Shown piece by piece: positions 1-13,915 of a DNA stretch of 64,000 bases (its first letter is position 1; the number at the start of each line of letters is the position of its first letter). The translations under genes and the position numbers were made by a program. A model generated the notes under the pieces. It did not search any database, had not been told where the DNA came from, and saw only the letters and a program-made list of their open reading frames with translations. This DNA is from Octopus sinensis (taxonomy: Eukaryota), in contig NC_043008.1 of the NCBI RefSeq assembly GCF_006345805.1, forward strand, positions 35,464,001 to 35,528,000. Direction: 5' to 3'.

Positions 1-420
<420 letters not shown>

Positions 421-820
421 GATACGACATCTGTTTTTCGAACCTCAAAGAAATTCATTAGTTTAGGAACATAAAAGAAAGAAATAAAGCCAAAATCATT
501 TGAACTATTCTATAGAGCTCTCTCTATATATATACGACACAATAATTTATGGATAGCTGTGTAAATGTAAGCCATCATTTATTCTTCTCACAAAGACAAA
601 ATGTATTCATATCTCCTTAATCAAATATGACATAAAAACAAGCTTCAACAAAATACGTATAAGAAATTGAAGGCGTGAGTCTTGTGCTATATGTAATCAT
701 ATAATTTATATCCGCATAGCCACCCCAGAATATGTAAAATTTGGCTGGGCAAATAAATAAACAAACTTTTGTATGTATGCATGTATGTTTGTTATGCATA
801 CATGTATATATATGTATATA

Positions 821-996
<176 letters not shown>

Positions 997-1295
997 AATG
1001 TAGAGAGAGAGAGATACTTATACACGTATATATACAGAATGAGAGAGAGAGAGAACAACTGTGAATCTGTGAAACATATAGGTGGATATGTGTAGGTGCG
1101 TTATCAAATAATCATATATTTATTTCATAAGCACTAAAATTAATTATACTTTCCTAATTAAATCGTTCTTTCCAATAATTGAAAAAAGTTTCATGTTATA
1201 AAATATGCCTTATTTACAATATTCTTTTAAAAGATATTCTTTTAACAAAATATTCTTCTAATACCATATGCCACAAAATTAATTTGTAAAATATT

Positions 1296-1363
1296 AAAAG
1301 GTGCCCCAGCATGGCCTCAGCCGGATGGCTGAAACAAGTAAAAGAGTAAAAGAGTAAAAGAGA
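1296..1363 (+). mobile_element. SINE A 3' tail fragment
   Basis: ggtgccccagcatggcc..ctgaaacaa(gtaaaaga)3, the same tail as other A copies. Confidence 0.8.
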
Positions 1364-2161
1364 GTATATAACTGAAGATTATAACTTAGCCAGACTAAAA
1401 AATGTAGCCTGAATACGCCTACCTTGTAACGTAATTTATTGAAATTAAAATTTTTAAAAAATGTTCTAAAAATATAATCAAACAAAGAAGGCATCTTTAA
1501 AAGAATTTTAAATCTTAAATTGAACATAAAAATTCATAGAAAATTAAATTAGAAATACGGTTCACGACATACTAACTTTTAGAAATTTATATACATATAA
1601 CCCAAATTATAGCAACATTTCTCTATATTTCCATGTTTCATTTTCGATAAATAATTGGTGAGAATAATAGAAATATTTCTTTAAAATTATTGGTTCGGCA
1701 AATTAAAATTTTCTTTTATAAGGTTCACACCAAACATGAGTTTAATCATTCATCCAACACTAAAAAGAGACGATATTTACATAGCTAACAATACAACACA
1801 TACACACACATACACACACTGACCGTTTTCTATTAGTTCTTCCTTTTACTAACGCAAATAGAGCTTCTATATGAAGAAAACCTTCGAGCTATTACCATAA
1901 TGAACTCTTGAAGGGTGAAACAGAAGTATTGCTGCTGTAAATCAAACATTTAATTACCTTATGTATACATATATATTTATATATACATCTATATATAGCA
2001 TCTGTTGCAAGCACATAAATAATTTATATACACATTTATATAAATACATACATACATACATACATACACATACATACACACACACTCACAAACACATATT
2101 CACTCACATAAAAATACGTATATGTGTGTTTGTGTGCGTAGATACATACGCGCATGCATAG

Positions 2162-2612
2162 CTACTGTATCCAGGTTACAAGTTCAAGTTTATACTTGTA
2201 ATTATTGGGCCACTAGGATAAGTAATACACTGCCCTAAAACCAATCTTGCGGAATTAGGTTTCTCAAAGCCAGAAAGGAGAAAGCTGATTCAAAGACTAC
2301 AGATCGGAGCCATTACTGGAACTGCAAAACACTGTAAAACTTTCCAGAAGTTTCTCATTTATGAGTATGGTTAGACATGCAAGTATATCCACGAGAATAC
2401 ATACATTCTGCACATATACATACTTAGAAAAACGCCCTGTTGATGTTGTTGAAATTCCAATGAAGGAGTCTTGAATCTAGGTTAGCAACCAACTCTTTCT
2501 CTATTGGCAAGAAATCTTAAAATAAAACTGAATAATGACATACATGCATACATCATACATACATACATACATACATACATACATACATACATACATACAT
2601 ACATACATACAT
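2162..2612 (+). mobile_element. R4/Dong-type non-LTR retrotransposon 3' end (end of RLE domain, 3'UTR, (ATAC)n)
   Basis: Hand translation LLYPGYKFKFILVIIGPLG*..LAELGFSKPERRKLIQRLQI matches the 55114 copy; shared 3'UTR (gttgaaattccaatgaaggag..aataatgacatac). Confidence 0.8.
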
Positions 2613-2911
2613 ACCGACATACATACACACACACATACATACATTCTTACATATATACATATATGTATGTATAAAAATGAAGACAACACAAATGGAGTTT
2701 AAAATGTACTACCGCTGTTTTATAGAACTTTAATGATGTCTTCATAGATTACATCAGAACATAAATCCACCATCTTCAGGTAAAATCTTAAAAGGGTATA
2801 AACAGATGAGTTATAATTTCGATAATGACATATCTAACAGTATATTGTATGTAAATCTCTTCGTGCGCGCGCGTTTGTGTGTGTGTGTACACATATGTCT
2901 ATATATATGTA

Positions 2912-2978
<67 letters not shown>

Positions 2979-3031
2979 ACGTATATATGCAAATACATAT
3001 ACGAATATATATATATATATACATAATACAT

Positions 3032-3083
<52 letters not shown>

Positions 3084-3656
3084 TTCGTCGTTTTTTTCTT
3101 TATGTCTGCTCTATTATTAAAAGCATTCCAGGCGTCAACATCCCACCACTGTTTTTTGTTGTTTTTTTCCCAAGTATACACATTCATAACCTATACAGTG
3201 TATCCTTCGCTTTAAAAGAATCATATCTTGATATGAGGAAAATTTTACTGCTATTTCCAGTAAGTCTGCAACAGGTTAGATACTCTTCCCTTTGACTGGT
3301 AATAATTTTTTATTAGATATATAAAGGGTCAGCCTGTCTGCTGGGTTCTAAGATACAGTGGCAATGAATATTTGATGAGTACGGAACGCTGCCGATTTAT
3401 GATGAAACATTCTATGACAATTTGTGTCACGGTTTCAGTTCCTGACTCGAAACATCACGTTTCTTGTCCGTCGTTCACGCTATTTCAAAAACGGTGACGG
3501 TTCCAAATTACAAACCATCCGCACTCTCACCAACAATCTCATATTTCATTTTCTGTCAGAAAAAAAATAAGATTTACTAGTCGAAAGATTTTTTCCCCAA
3601 ATAACAATTTGTAAATGAGGAAAATAAGAGGCTGAAATATATAAAAGGTAAAGTAA

Positions 3657-4086
3657 AAGAAGAAGAAGCAGAAGAAGAAGAAGAAGAAGAAGAAGAAGAA
3701 GAAGAAGAAAAGAAGAAGAAGAAGAAGAAGATGATGATGATGATGAAGAAGAAGAAGAAGAAGAAGAAGAAGAAGAAGAAGATGATGATGATGAAGAAGA
3801 AGAGAAAAAAGATGATGAAGAAAAAGATGAAGAAGAAGAAGAAGGAGAAGAAGAAGAAGAAGAAGAAGAAGAAAGAGAGAAGAAGAAGAAGAAGAAGAAG
3901 AAGGAGAGCAGAAGAAGATGATGAAGAAGAAGAAGAAGAAGAAGATGAAGAAGAAGAAGAAGGAGAGAAGAGAATAAGAAGAAGAAGAAAGAAGAAGAAG
4001 AAGAAGAAGAAAAAGACGAAGAAGAAGAAGAAGAAGAAGAAGAAGAAGAAGAAGAAGAAGAAGAAGAAGAAGAAGAAGAAGAAGAA
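3657..4086. repeat. ~430-bp (GAA)n/(GAT)n polypurine microsatellite
   Basis: Directly visible; source of the spurious poly-K/E/F ORFs. Confidence 0.98.
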
Positions 4087-4984
4087 ATTAAATTGAAATT
4101 GAAATGGGGAATTGGCCATCCACCTACTTTTTATCTCGAAACTATGACCTACAGCTCGTATGTAATTACGATCAACTTACATCTTATTCATACTACGGTC
4201 GATCATAAAACAATTTTATTCGGAGATTCCTGACTGGCTTCTTTCAATATTGAAAAGAGACAGCCAGTATTATATTGAAGTAATTACGAGCAATCATAAG
4301 TTGTTAAAGAATGTTTAATCTGAATGGAAAAATGTGCAGGAATAATGGAAAATAAATTATTCAGAGGTCAAATGAGTCTTTGAGAAAAATGGAGAATATA
4401 AAACGAAAATATTTTTACTTGCTGTTCTGTTGTTTTGAGTTTTGTTGTTTTAGAGCCAGATTATTGAGAAATCTGAACTAGACAAAAGACAGAACATTAT
4501 AAACGAAAGGAAGAATTAGATAAAGTAGCAGAAGCAATGTATGCTTTCATCACTATTGCAACCACTCAGAAACAACACCACCACCCTACATACTGTTCGT
4601 TAGCCTTCATACCATACACATTATCAATAATTATTTATATAGCAGCGGAAACAGTATGATGCCCAACTAAAAGTACTGAAGCAATTACTGCTCGAGAACG
4701 ACTTATTTATCGGCCCTTATTCAGTAGAATGAAAGGCTATGTATAGTCATATACTGGGGTCTATTCACTCGACTATATTGTTTCCTATGAACTTATGACA
4801 TTATGTTAACGTTACAAAGAGGTTTTATTTTAAACACACTGATGGTTAACGGTGTTGTTTGCAACCGAATGGAGATCGTAATCATGGTTCCAAGACGTTA
4901 AACAAACCAACGAAATTAATTGTGAATAAGTTCACCAACATATGTCTATTGAATAGTTCATTGGCTATGTTATACATATAAACC

Positions 4985-5800
4985 CTGAGGTTTGGTGGAG
5001 ATGAGGGGAAGATGGCGAGTCATTTTAAGGCAGAACTCAGTGTGTTTAAAGGAGTGCTGTGGTAGGCCGTCAGTAACGGGAGTAGTCAGAGAAACTGATC
5101 GAGGTTTCGAAGATGAATGTGGTGAAATGGAGAGAAAGGTGAAACAATCTGACGAAAGTGAAGAAGCTTAGCTCTTTACCAGAGAGAGGGGGAGAAGGAG
5201 AGAGAGGGGGAGAAGGAGAGAGAGGGGGAGAAGGAGAGAGAGGGGGAGAAGGAGAGAGAGGGGGAGAGAGTGAAAGAGAAATAAATAAAGGAGAGAAGGT
5301 GCCGTCCATGTAATTCTGTCGTTGGCATTAGAAGATTGCAAAAGATCTTGGACTCGACGTTTCCTGCAAATATCCTGGTGTAGATGAGAGTCATTCGCAA
5401 ATGAGAAAAAATTAAGGGTAAGAATGAGTTTCAGGCAGCAGAAGGGCTGAAGAAACTAGAAGAAAAAGTGAGGTGAAGGAAGTGACGTAGCGCGTCATAA
5501 GGGATAACGGTATTGAGGGAGTGGAGTCAAAATGGCGAAGAGTGTGATGTCGTCGGTGTTGGAAGGGAGATCAGTCACCAGGTGGGTGCGGAGAGTATCA
5601 GGGAAGTTGCAAGCAGAACAATGAGTTAATCAGGGATGTCAAACTCACGGAATGTCTGCTTCAAGTGCTTCTCCGCGCCGGACGGGAAATAGGTGATGCG
5701 TTACTGGTATCAGAAGTGTAATCAGGAGAGGAAAGATGAAACAAAGAGAAGTGTCGAGGTAACTGGAACGCATCTCTCTTGTAATGGTCGGCGCTAAATA
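4985..5800 (-). mobile_element. Decayed Penelope-like element reverse transcriptase
   Basis: Minus-strand fragments HSLNTVIPYDALRHFL, LILTLNFFSFAND, GNVESKIF..PTTELHGR and GKELSFFTFVRLFHLSLHFT..ETSISFSD match PLE RT motifs (SLYT.IP, L.LN.F.F, ELYGRYIDD, F..FHP.L.FT.E.S); many frameshifts. Confidence 0.75.
5181..5270. repeat. 18-bp minisatellite (agagagagggggagaagg), about 5 copies, inside the PLE RT
   Basis: Four exact units at 5181-5252 plus a partial fifth. Confidence 0.95.
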
Positions 5801-5938
5801 TGAACATGCTACAATTTTCAGTAATTATTCTCTCTCTCTCTCACACACACACACACACGCACGCACACACTCACACACCACACACACTCACACACACACA
5901 CACACACTCACACACACACTCACACACACACACACACA

Positions 5939-6016
<78 letters not shown>

Positions 6017-6025
6017 TATATATAG

Positions 6026-6366
6026 GTGAGAAAGAAGGGCAAAAATTCAAAATCAAATCTAATCTTACTTGTGCTTCAGAAAACCTGATTTATGTCATAA
6101 GATGCTCGGGCTGCCACCAAAACTACATAGGATCCACAGGATTATCACTCAGACGCAGATGCACTCTGGACCGACAGCAGATTGCATTCCCAGAATATAG
6201 AATCATACCTTTTAGTAAACATATTGAGAAATGCGCAAAGCAACTACTACAACAATTTATGATCTTTCCATTCTATCAATGTGCCATTAGAACACCAACA
6301 CAAGTTAGATTAAATAAGGAAACCTTCTTCATTGAAAAATATAAGCCAAAACTTAACCATTTCTAA
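6026..6366 (+). mobile_element. Penelope-like GIY-YIG endonuclease C-terminal ORF
   Basis: ORF track: CASENLIYVIRCSGCHQNYIGST..R..HIEKC..E.FFIEKYKPKLN (IY..YIG with CxxC); same family as 54270-54610. Confidence 0.92.
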
Positions 6367-7232
6367 CATTTTTAAATAAAGAAAACTCACCTCATTGAAA
6401 AAAATATAAAGCAAAACCTATTCCTTCTAAACCAAATCATGTTAAATTAGTCATTCCCAACCTGTTTGATTGTCTCCCTTATACTGGAAAAAAATCCTTG
6501 ATTACCTCCTCCTGCCTGGAACTCCATATTTCACAACATAGCGAAGGCATGGCACGATATAGGTAAAGACATTTGAGAAATTTGAAAAGAAAATACGAAA
6601 CCGGTTATTTCTCCAAAAACTATGTTACTATACGCAAAATTTTCTAACATTTTTCTAACAACGATTTAAATATATTCTTTAACCATATAACACAAGCCTT
6701 CTGTAGTTTTTTCAATCCTTCTGTCTTATATATATATATATATATATATAATAAATGAAAAATGTATGGCAAACAAACAAACGCCATAACATACACTGAG
6801 TGTACAACCGGACGGGAGGCAAACACACAACGTCCCTAATTCTTCTTCAGTTATCAACTAATTTGTAATACTCAGTTTCATATTAATGATAAGACTGAAG
6901 GCTTCTCATATTGGCAGTGCCCGCAACAATTTTTTTTGCGGAGAATTCAGGACCTAGAGCAAACAAAACAAAGCAAAACACTGAGTGCGATTTAGGTCGG
7001 TAGTCAAGGACGAACAGACAAGCAGAATATAGCCTTGGGTCCAAGAAGACAAGAATAGTGAGTAATGCTTAGCTACGGGGCCAGTGTGAGAAAAGGATAT
7101 GTATGTATATATGTATTGTGTGTACATATATATGTATCTGTATATATATATATATATCTATATGCACATATACGTGTATATATTATATATATAATATATA
7201 TATGTATTATATCTATCTATATGTACATATAC

Positions 7233-7277
<45 letters not shown>

Positions 7278-7309
7278 ATATATATATATGTTTTATATAT
7301 ATATATGTA

Positions 7310-7353
<44 letters not shown>

Positions 7354-7435
7354 CATAGATATGTATGTATATGCATATATATATTTGCGTATGAAGGCAC
7401 ATACATACACACACATGTGTATATGTATATATATG

Positions 7436-7480
<45 letters not shown>

Positions 7481-8666
7481 ATACATATGTAGTATATGTA
7501 CGTATGTGTGTGTGTGAGTATGTGCATGTATGCGTGCGTGTGTGGAATTTCAACGTTCTACCATTGAGCTTATCTTTCATTAACTCCACTTCTTTCTCAC
7601 TCTCACTTTCTTTCTCTCTCTATTGGCTCTCACTCTCAACCTTCTCTTCTATCTCTTAATTTCTTTACCTTTCTCATCGTCATCCATCACAACTGTTGTA
7701 CCTCATTACTCTTCCTTCTCTCCCTCTTCGTCTTTTTTTCTCTCTTTCTCTTAATTGATATTTATTTGTCTTATGAAACATTATTTTCTTTACATCGTAG
7801 TTAGAGACCATCACGGTGATTGGGTAATTATCTGTAAACTCTAACAAATGACTGAGCGTTATCAGCCAAGTAAAATCTGTCTGTTGCTACAATATAAGAC
7901 GGACGGGCAAGCTAGCTGACTTGCCAAATCAAAATTCGATTCTCTACGAATGCAGCCGTTATTACCGCTGTATTCTGATACACTTGAAGTTAGATACCAG
8001 AAACTGCTTGCTATTGTGTGGGATATTTGATAAAAACAGATGGAAAACGTCATATCTATGACTTTGTCTCTTGTGAGAGACACAATTTTGGAGAAATTCC
8101 AAAGGAATAACAAACAAATAAATTTATATATAAATTCTAAACGAAATTAAAGTGGAAGTCATGAAATTATGAATCGTGTGAACAATGAGAAAATAATAAA
8201 AGAACCAGGTTTATTGAAACATAGCCTCAGAAGCTGTGTAAGAAAGGAAAGTTAAAAGGAGTTGGGTTGTTGTTTTTTTTTTTGTTAAATATATTCACAA
8301 GATTTAAGGAGGCGAAGGCAATAAAATGATGTATATTTAAATATGAAAACAGAAATTACTGTTAAGGTAATATTATTTTCTTATTTTGGCACAAGGCCAG
8401 AGAATTAGTAGAATATAATATAGCTGCTAGAAACAACTTCCAGTGGTACATATTTCTTCGGGCCTAGAAGAATGACGGAGGGAATTGTAGATTTGTACCT
8501 AGTGTAATTGGAATACAACACATAAGGTTGGTGTAATTTAAATAGCGAAAGGCATTGAATCCAACAGTTTTGGCAATAATATTATCACGGCATGCATTTG
8601 AGTGTTACATTGTTAACAACCTTTACTGCGGAATAAAACTGAAAACATAATGAAAATCTTTAACAA

Positions 8667-8985
8667 AGGTGCAGGCGTGGTCGTGTTGTTAAGACAGTCG
8701 TTTCGTAACCAACTGGACTGAGGTACGTAGAACATCGGTTGTTTTCAATGCGTTGTAAATAAAGAAACCGTACGGAATTCCATATGAGATCGCGCGCGCA
8801 TGTATGTGTTCTATTAGTTTCTATGTTGAAAGCTTACATCGCTTCACATCTGACCAGTTTCCTGATAGATAAAATAACAGCGGTCTTAAGAATAAGTACT
8901 TGGCAGTCGATATGGTCGACTAAACGTTTGAAACCAGTGCCCCTTGATACTCGTAGTCCAGTAACTAAAACTAGTAAAGTTATAT
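8667..8985 (+). mobile_element. Old, diverged SINE A copy
   Basis: Head ggtgcaggcgtggtcgtgttgttaag and 3' arm aagaataagtact..gtcgat..gtcgactaaa..gtgcccc are still recognisable. Confidence 0.6.
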
Positions 8986-9085
8986 TATGAATCAAAGTTA
9001 TGAGGCATTTATAAATTTATCCATCAAAATAAAGCAGGAAAATTTATGAAATGTGAAAAATCCATATATCCATCTAATATATATT

Positions 9086-9499
9086 TGTAGCGGCACAAAC
9101 AGTCAGCGCCATATTGGATGAGATCTCGCGGCAGCCATTGCCATCTCCGAGACCGGAGTAAGACCTCACTTGTATCCATTTGCCATGCTCGAGATCACAA
9201 CGAGGCCCGCGATAGCAAACTGTATATAAGGGCAAAACAGAAACAGATTCATTCTTTCTCTCTCCGCTTCTACGCAGCAGCGCTTGCTGAGCACACTTCA
9301 CTAGCTGGGCCTGTCTGCATATTGTACCACCAGAGGCAATGTGCCCGCACTAACGGATATACAACACCACACACACAGCTCGAGATGGATGCTGAGAGCA
9401 ACACACTTCACCTATTCTGTGAAACTTGTAAATAAACCGGTTGTAAATTGCATTTGTACTTAGAGACTTCTTTCTTCGCCTGCCGGGGCCTGAACTACA
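9086..9499 (+). mobile_element. LTR-like segment (possible solo LTR)
   Basis: Ends TGTAG...CTACA, internal TATA-like gtatataag (~9222) and AATAAA (~9431), GC-richer than flanks; no target-site duplication seen. Confidence 0.45.
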
Positions 9500-9974
9500 C
9501 GATGAACAAGATATAATGGGAGACGGCGATATTCTCCCGATATCGTAAACCTTGCCTTCCATTATATATTAATTGTTTCTAACTAAAGTTCGAAACAAGA
9601 AATGTTGAGAAAGTAAACAACAGATTAAGTTAACCCCAGTACCCCGAAGTGATCTTTATATTATCGTTTATGGAAGGGTAAAAAGCCTGATCAGATTCGG
9701 TTATTCGACTACTCCATAAATAATTTACTTAGAGCTGATAATTCGATATGATATTAAATTAAATAGGATTCTTACTTCTGAAAATTAAAAAGTTTAAAAT
9801 AACCGCCCACATTATAAAAACAATAGCGCACAATCTTGAAATGTAAAGGAATCTGATATTTTTGTTGCTCAATCTGGCAACCCTACTTATTCGATTAAGG
9901 CTGTCAGGGGCCACACAGCAACGATAACAATAATCCGACTTAATCTTTCATTACTATTGAGATTTATTAAACCG

Positions 9975-10900
9975 GTATCCTCCACATATCGAGAAGTTTT
10001 ACCTTCTTTTCTGGTTTTGTGTCAAAAATCAAACAATATTTCCGTGTAGTTTCTTTATTTATAGTGTTATTTTTATGTCTAAGGATTGAGTTTATTCTAT
10101 TTAGAATAAATAGGGAAATGGGAATCGCCGCATCCAGGCGCCTGTGTAGGATATACCCATTCGGGTTCGGGTGGGATTGTTTCTCATCTGTCCATTTATC
10201 TAAAGCCAACCCTACAATTACTGGCGTCCAGGAAAGCTGATTTTTGACCTCCTTTTATTAAAAGTCTAGTTTGTAAAATATTTCTTATCTGAACAGACTC
10301 TTAAACCTTAAATTCATGCGTTATTCGAGATGGCACTCCTAAGTTAGGTTTGTTGCCATGGTGGACGCTAGAGTATCAGGCTCGTCTGATCGTTCACAAA
10401 GAGTTCCTAATATCTCATTTACTATTATATATCTACGAGAGCGGAGTCCATCGCGAGTGAGATCTTCTAATCACTCATTGTCCATTCATGACAGAGTGCA
10501 ATATCAAACACATAGTTATTAGATGATGAACTCTTTTCGTCACGCCTCAATAATAAATAAAATGTTGCAAATCTGACCCTTTTTACTGTAATTTCCGTGA
10601 AGAGGGAAATGTTTTCAGGTATTTCCATTCCTTGGTCTCAAATTGCCAAATCTACCAAACTGTATTAATGTTTCTTTGGATATCTCGAAGCGCGCTGCAG
10701 ATTCTATAAACGGAGTCTTTGAAAAACTGCATAACAAGACGTTGATCTCTTTCGGTTGTGAGTTAACGGGTATCTTGCCTAATGCTATCGATTTCCTGCA
10801 TTTTAATATTCTTATCGGGTCTTTTATCTTCATCTTATTTTATCGGTTCCTTTATTCGCATCTCACTTGCTGCATTTGATTGTTTTTTGCTCTTTCATTA
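9975..10900 (-). mobile_element. Heavily decayed non-LTR RT remnant, L1/Tx1-like
   Basis: Minus-strand pieces FYKLDF..INGQ...RMGI and PISLFIL resemble KLGF...VNG...RGIRQG.PLSPYLFIL; very degenerate. Confidence 0.4.
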
Positions 10901-11187
10901 GTTCTTATCATCTCATTGTATTTCATCTAAATTTTGTATCAATTATTTCATTGCTATCTTTTATTTGTTTTCATTAAAATGCATGTATCTATAGAAGTAT
11001 TTTTATGTGGAATTAATGCTGTTCCTCCTTTCCCTTAGACTCTTTGCCAAGGGTGACCCAAGATTCATGCTTAAGATGAGTTCGAGTAGGGAAAAAAGAT
11101 ACCATCAAACAGACTCAGCGTTATGTGTTTATGATACGACTGGCCCTTCGAATTTCCTATATAGACCATTTTACAGGCTTGTCGAAT

Positions 11188-11234
<47 letters not shown>

Positions 11235-11237
<3 letters not shown>

Positions 11238-11470
11238 GAATTTCTTTGAGTAATAAGATAAAAAACCAAGGTTGTATAGATATTAGAGCATTTATAGATA
11301 GAAGGTCTTACAGCTGTTTCTAGGTTAGTAATTAATAATATCCCTACACACGGTGACATAGAACCAACGTTGAACCCTTTATTCGCAATATTACCGAATC
11401 TGGAACTTACTACGGTCTGTCTATAGCACTTATACACCATTACCTGACACCTTTGGGTCTCAATGCCACC
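11235..11470 (-). mobile_element. Probable PLE terminal-repeat remnant with the 3' half of a hammerhead
   Basis: Minus strand AGG..CCU-A-GAAACAGCUGUA-AGAC (palindromic ACAGCUGU helix III) running into (TA)n; 5' core unrecognisable. Confidence 0.4.
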
Positions 11471-11500
11471 ATTATCTCTTATATATACATACATACATAT

Positions 11501-11545
<45 letters not shown>

Positions 11546-12130
11546 GATATATAATATACTCTTATCAATAAATTCCACATTGTCGGATCAAACCAAGGTT
11601 TCAAATTGCGAAGCAAACTCCTTTACAATTCGGAAGTTTGCATTAGGTCAGCCCTTATCAATAAGAACCATGTTTAAATGTTTCCAGCTCTCCCATTTCT
11701 TTTTTATTTTCAGGCATAATGTATTTATGGTTCTATCATCAGTATACCATTCATTTTGTTTTAAAGACAATATGGTGCAGATTCAATGAGATTTGTCTCC
11801 TGCTTCAAACAGGAACAACAATCATCTAGAGGTTCCCTTCATGATTCATAACCATTCAGCATTAGTATAGTTAAATCGATTGGTTTAACCACTGTATATT
11901 AATAGAAATTAATCTTAAGGCCTTGTCCTAGGAAATTAATATCTTAACAAAATAACTTGTACTTAATAGTTAATTAATAATTAATGAATGAGTAATGACT
12001 TCATAAAAGAACCGATCAGAGAAGAGCAACAAAATGACGTGTGAGGATTAGCAATCAACTTCTCTCTCTCTCTCTACGTCTCTCTACGTCTCTCTCCCTC
12101 TCTCTCCCTCTCTCTCCCTCTTTCTCTCCC

Positions 12131-12173
<43 letters not shown>

Positions 12174-12362
12174 CAAACACGAAGCATGCATAACAAGCAC
12201 AAACGTGACTGACGTACATGCACATATGTGATTAACAAAAATATTGAAACAAAGACACATGATTAACACATACACATACACACACAAAGACTGATACACG
12301 TATACATAGGACATATATTATACATATATATATATTATATATAGATATATATATTATATATA

Positions 12363-12433
<71 letters not shown>

Positions 12434-12764
12434 GCATAATTAATAAATATATATACCGCAGACGGAACTGACAGACGGAACTGCTCGAACATTACACGAC
12501 TATTCTCCTCTGTTCATATTCAGTGTAAATGACACAGAAAAAAATGCTGAAAATAATATTTTAATAATTTTTAGTTTAACCCATAAAAGAGTGATGGTGA
12601 GTGAGTTTGGGGAAACCGGTAGCGCGTCCAACTTATTTAAACATACTAAATAGTGTTTAGTTTACTTCAATTGAGATCAAAAGCTGCTAGGGTCAACTTA
12701 TTCTTGTTTATACCTTCGTAATCTGTAACATATGTACCACAAATCAACAAGAGAAACTCTACAG

Positions 12765-12956
12765 CAGACGTGGGCAACCTTCATCGAGAAGTAGGCTACA
12801 ATCGGGCCGCATGAGACACGGCTGGTCATCAAGCGGGTTGCACTGCTAAAAAAATTCACTAAACATTATTTTCCTCATGAAATATGGCATACCGATCAGG
12901 TATGCTCACGGGCCGCAATATGTTCATAAGAGCTTCACAGGTTCGCCCGACGTGCT
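12765..12956. mobile_element. hAT (Charlie-like) MITE
   Basis: Left end cagacgtgggcaacct, right end aggttcgcccgacgtg (imperfect inverse), flanks resemble ctctagag; second copy at 60708-60845. Confidence 0.6.
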
Positions 12957-13848
12957 AAAGAGAGCAGCAAAATCTACCTGAAATTACAATCCCGTTGTCA
13001 TGGAAAGGGGAGTACACGTTGTATTCTTAAAAGTAAGAAAATACTGGGTGGCCATGAATGGAATGCATCTGCTCATACACCGTCTGATCGATCAGAGCTG
13101 ACCTTAGAGCTAAACAAGCTCAACAGTGACAACTTAAAATAAATCTCCTGTTATTAGCCGGTGTTTCGAACCAATCGATTATACCTTTCCTTGCCATGGT
13201 TTTGGCAAAACGTCAATTAAGGAAAATACTGTCTAACAATGTAGTTTTGTTCCAACCTATCGTGTTTTGAATTCGAAATCCCATTGGCCTCGTTTTTATC
13301 TTTCCTTTCACCGGAGCAGAGACAATAAGGATCAATGATAAATTTAGAATCGATTCGACCGACGCCTCTATCTCTTGTTAATTTATTCGCCTTGTGATAG
13401 TCAAACGAGGCAATATTTTAGCAGAAGCTGTAAAACGCGATAGATTCGTTAGAAAACCGAAACAAATATTCTTTGCAGATACTTTTAATTTATTCCTATG
13501 CTTTCTGAGTTCAAGACGTGCCTCAGATAATTTGACATTCATTCCGCCAAGACCGATAAAATAACTCTAAGTGAATGTCGCCAGTTCTTTGATTCTTAAT
13601 TATAAATTTATGGCTTTACATACACTTAAGATACGAATCTCTGATTTGAAGTTTCAATTTCCTTTCGTGTATCCCTTACACCTCTTTTACACCACTAATG
13701 TCTTTGAGAAAGACACGAGAGTCATGTCGTCGCATTTTCTGTCACAATATACATATATACATGCATATATATATATATATATATTATGTGTGTGTGTGGT
13801 GTGTGTGTGGTGTGTGTGTGTGGTGTGTGTGTGTGTATGTGTGTGTGT

Positions 13849-13915
<67 letters not shown>

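Noticed and set aside
1870-1945. UGAAGA..CCUUC..GAAGGGU-GAAACAGAAGUA hammerhead-like string
   Set aside because: Helix II is plausible but C3 is missing and helix I cannot be formed; at most a decayed remnant.
7862-8113. 83-aa minus-strand ORF in unique sequence
   Set aside because: No homology or convincing exon boundaries recognised.
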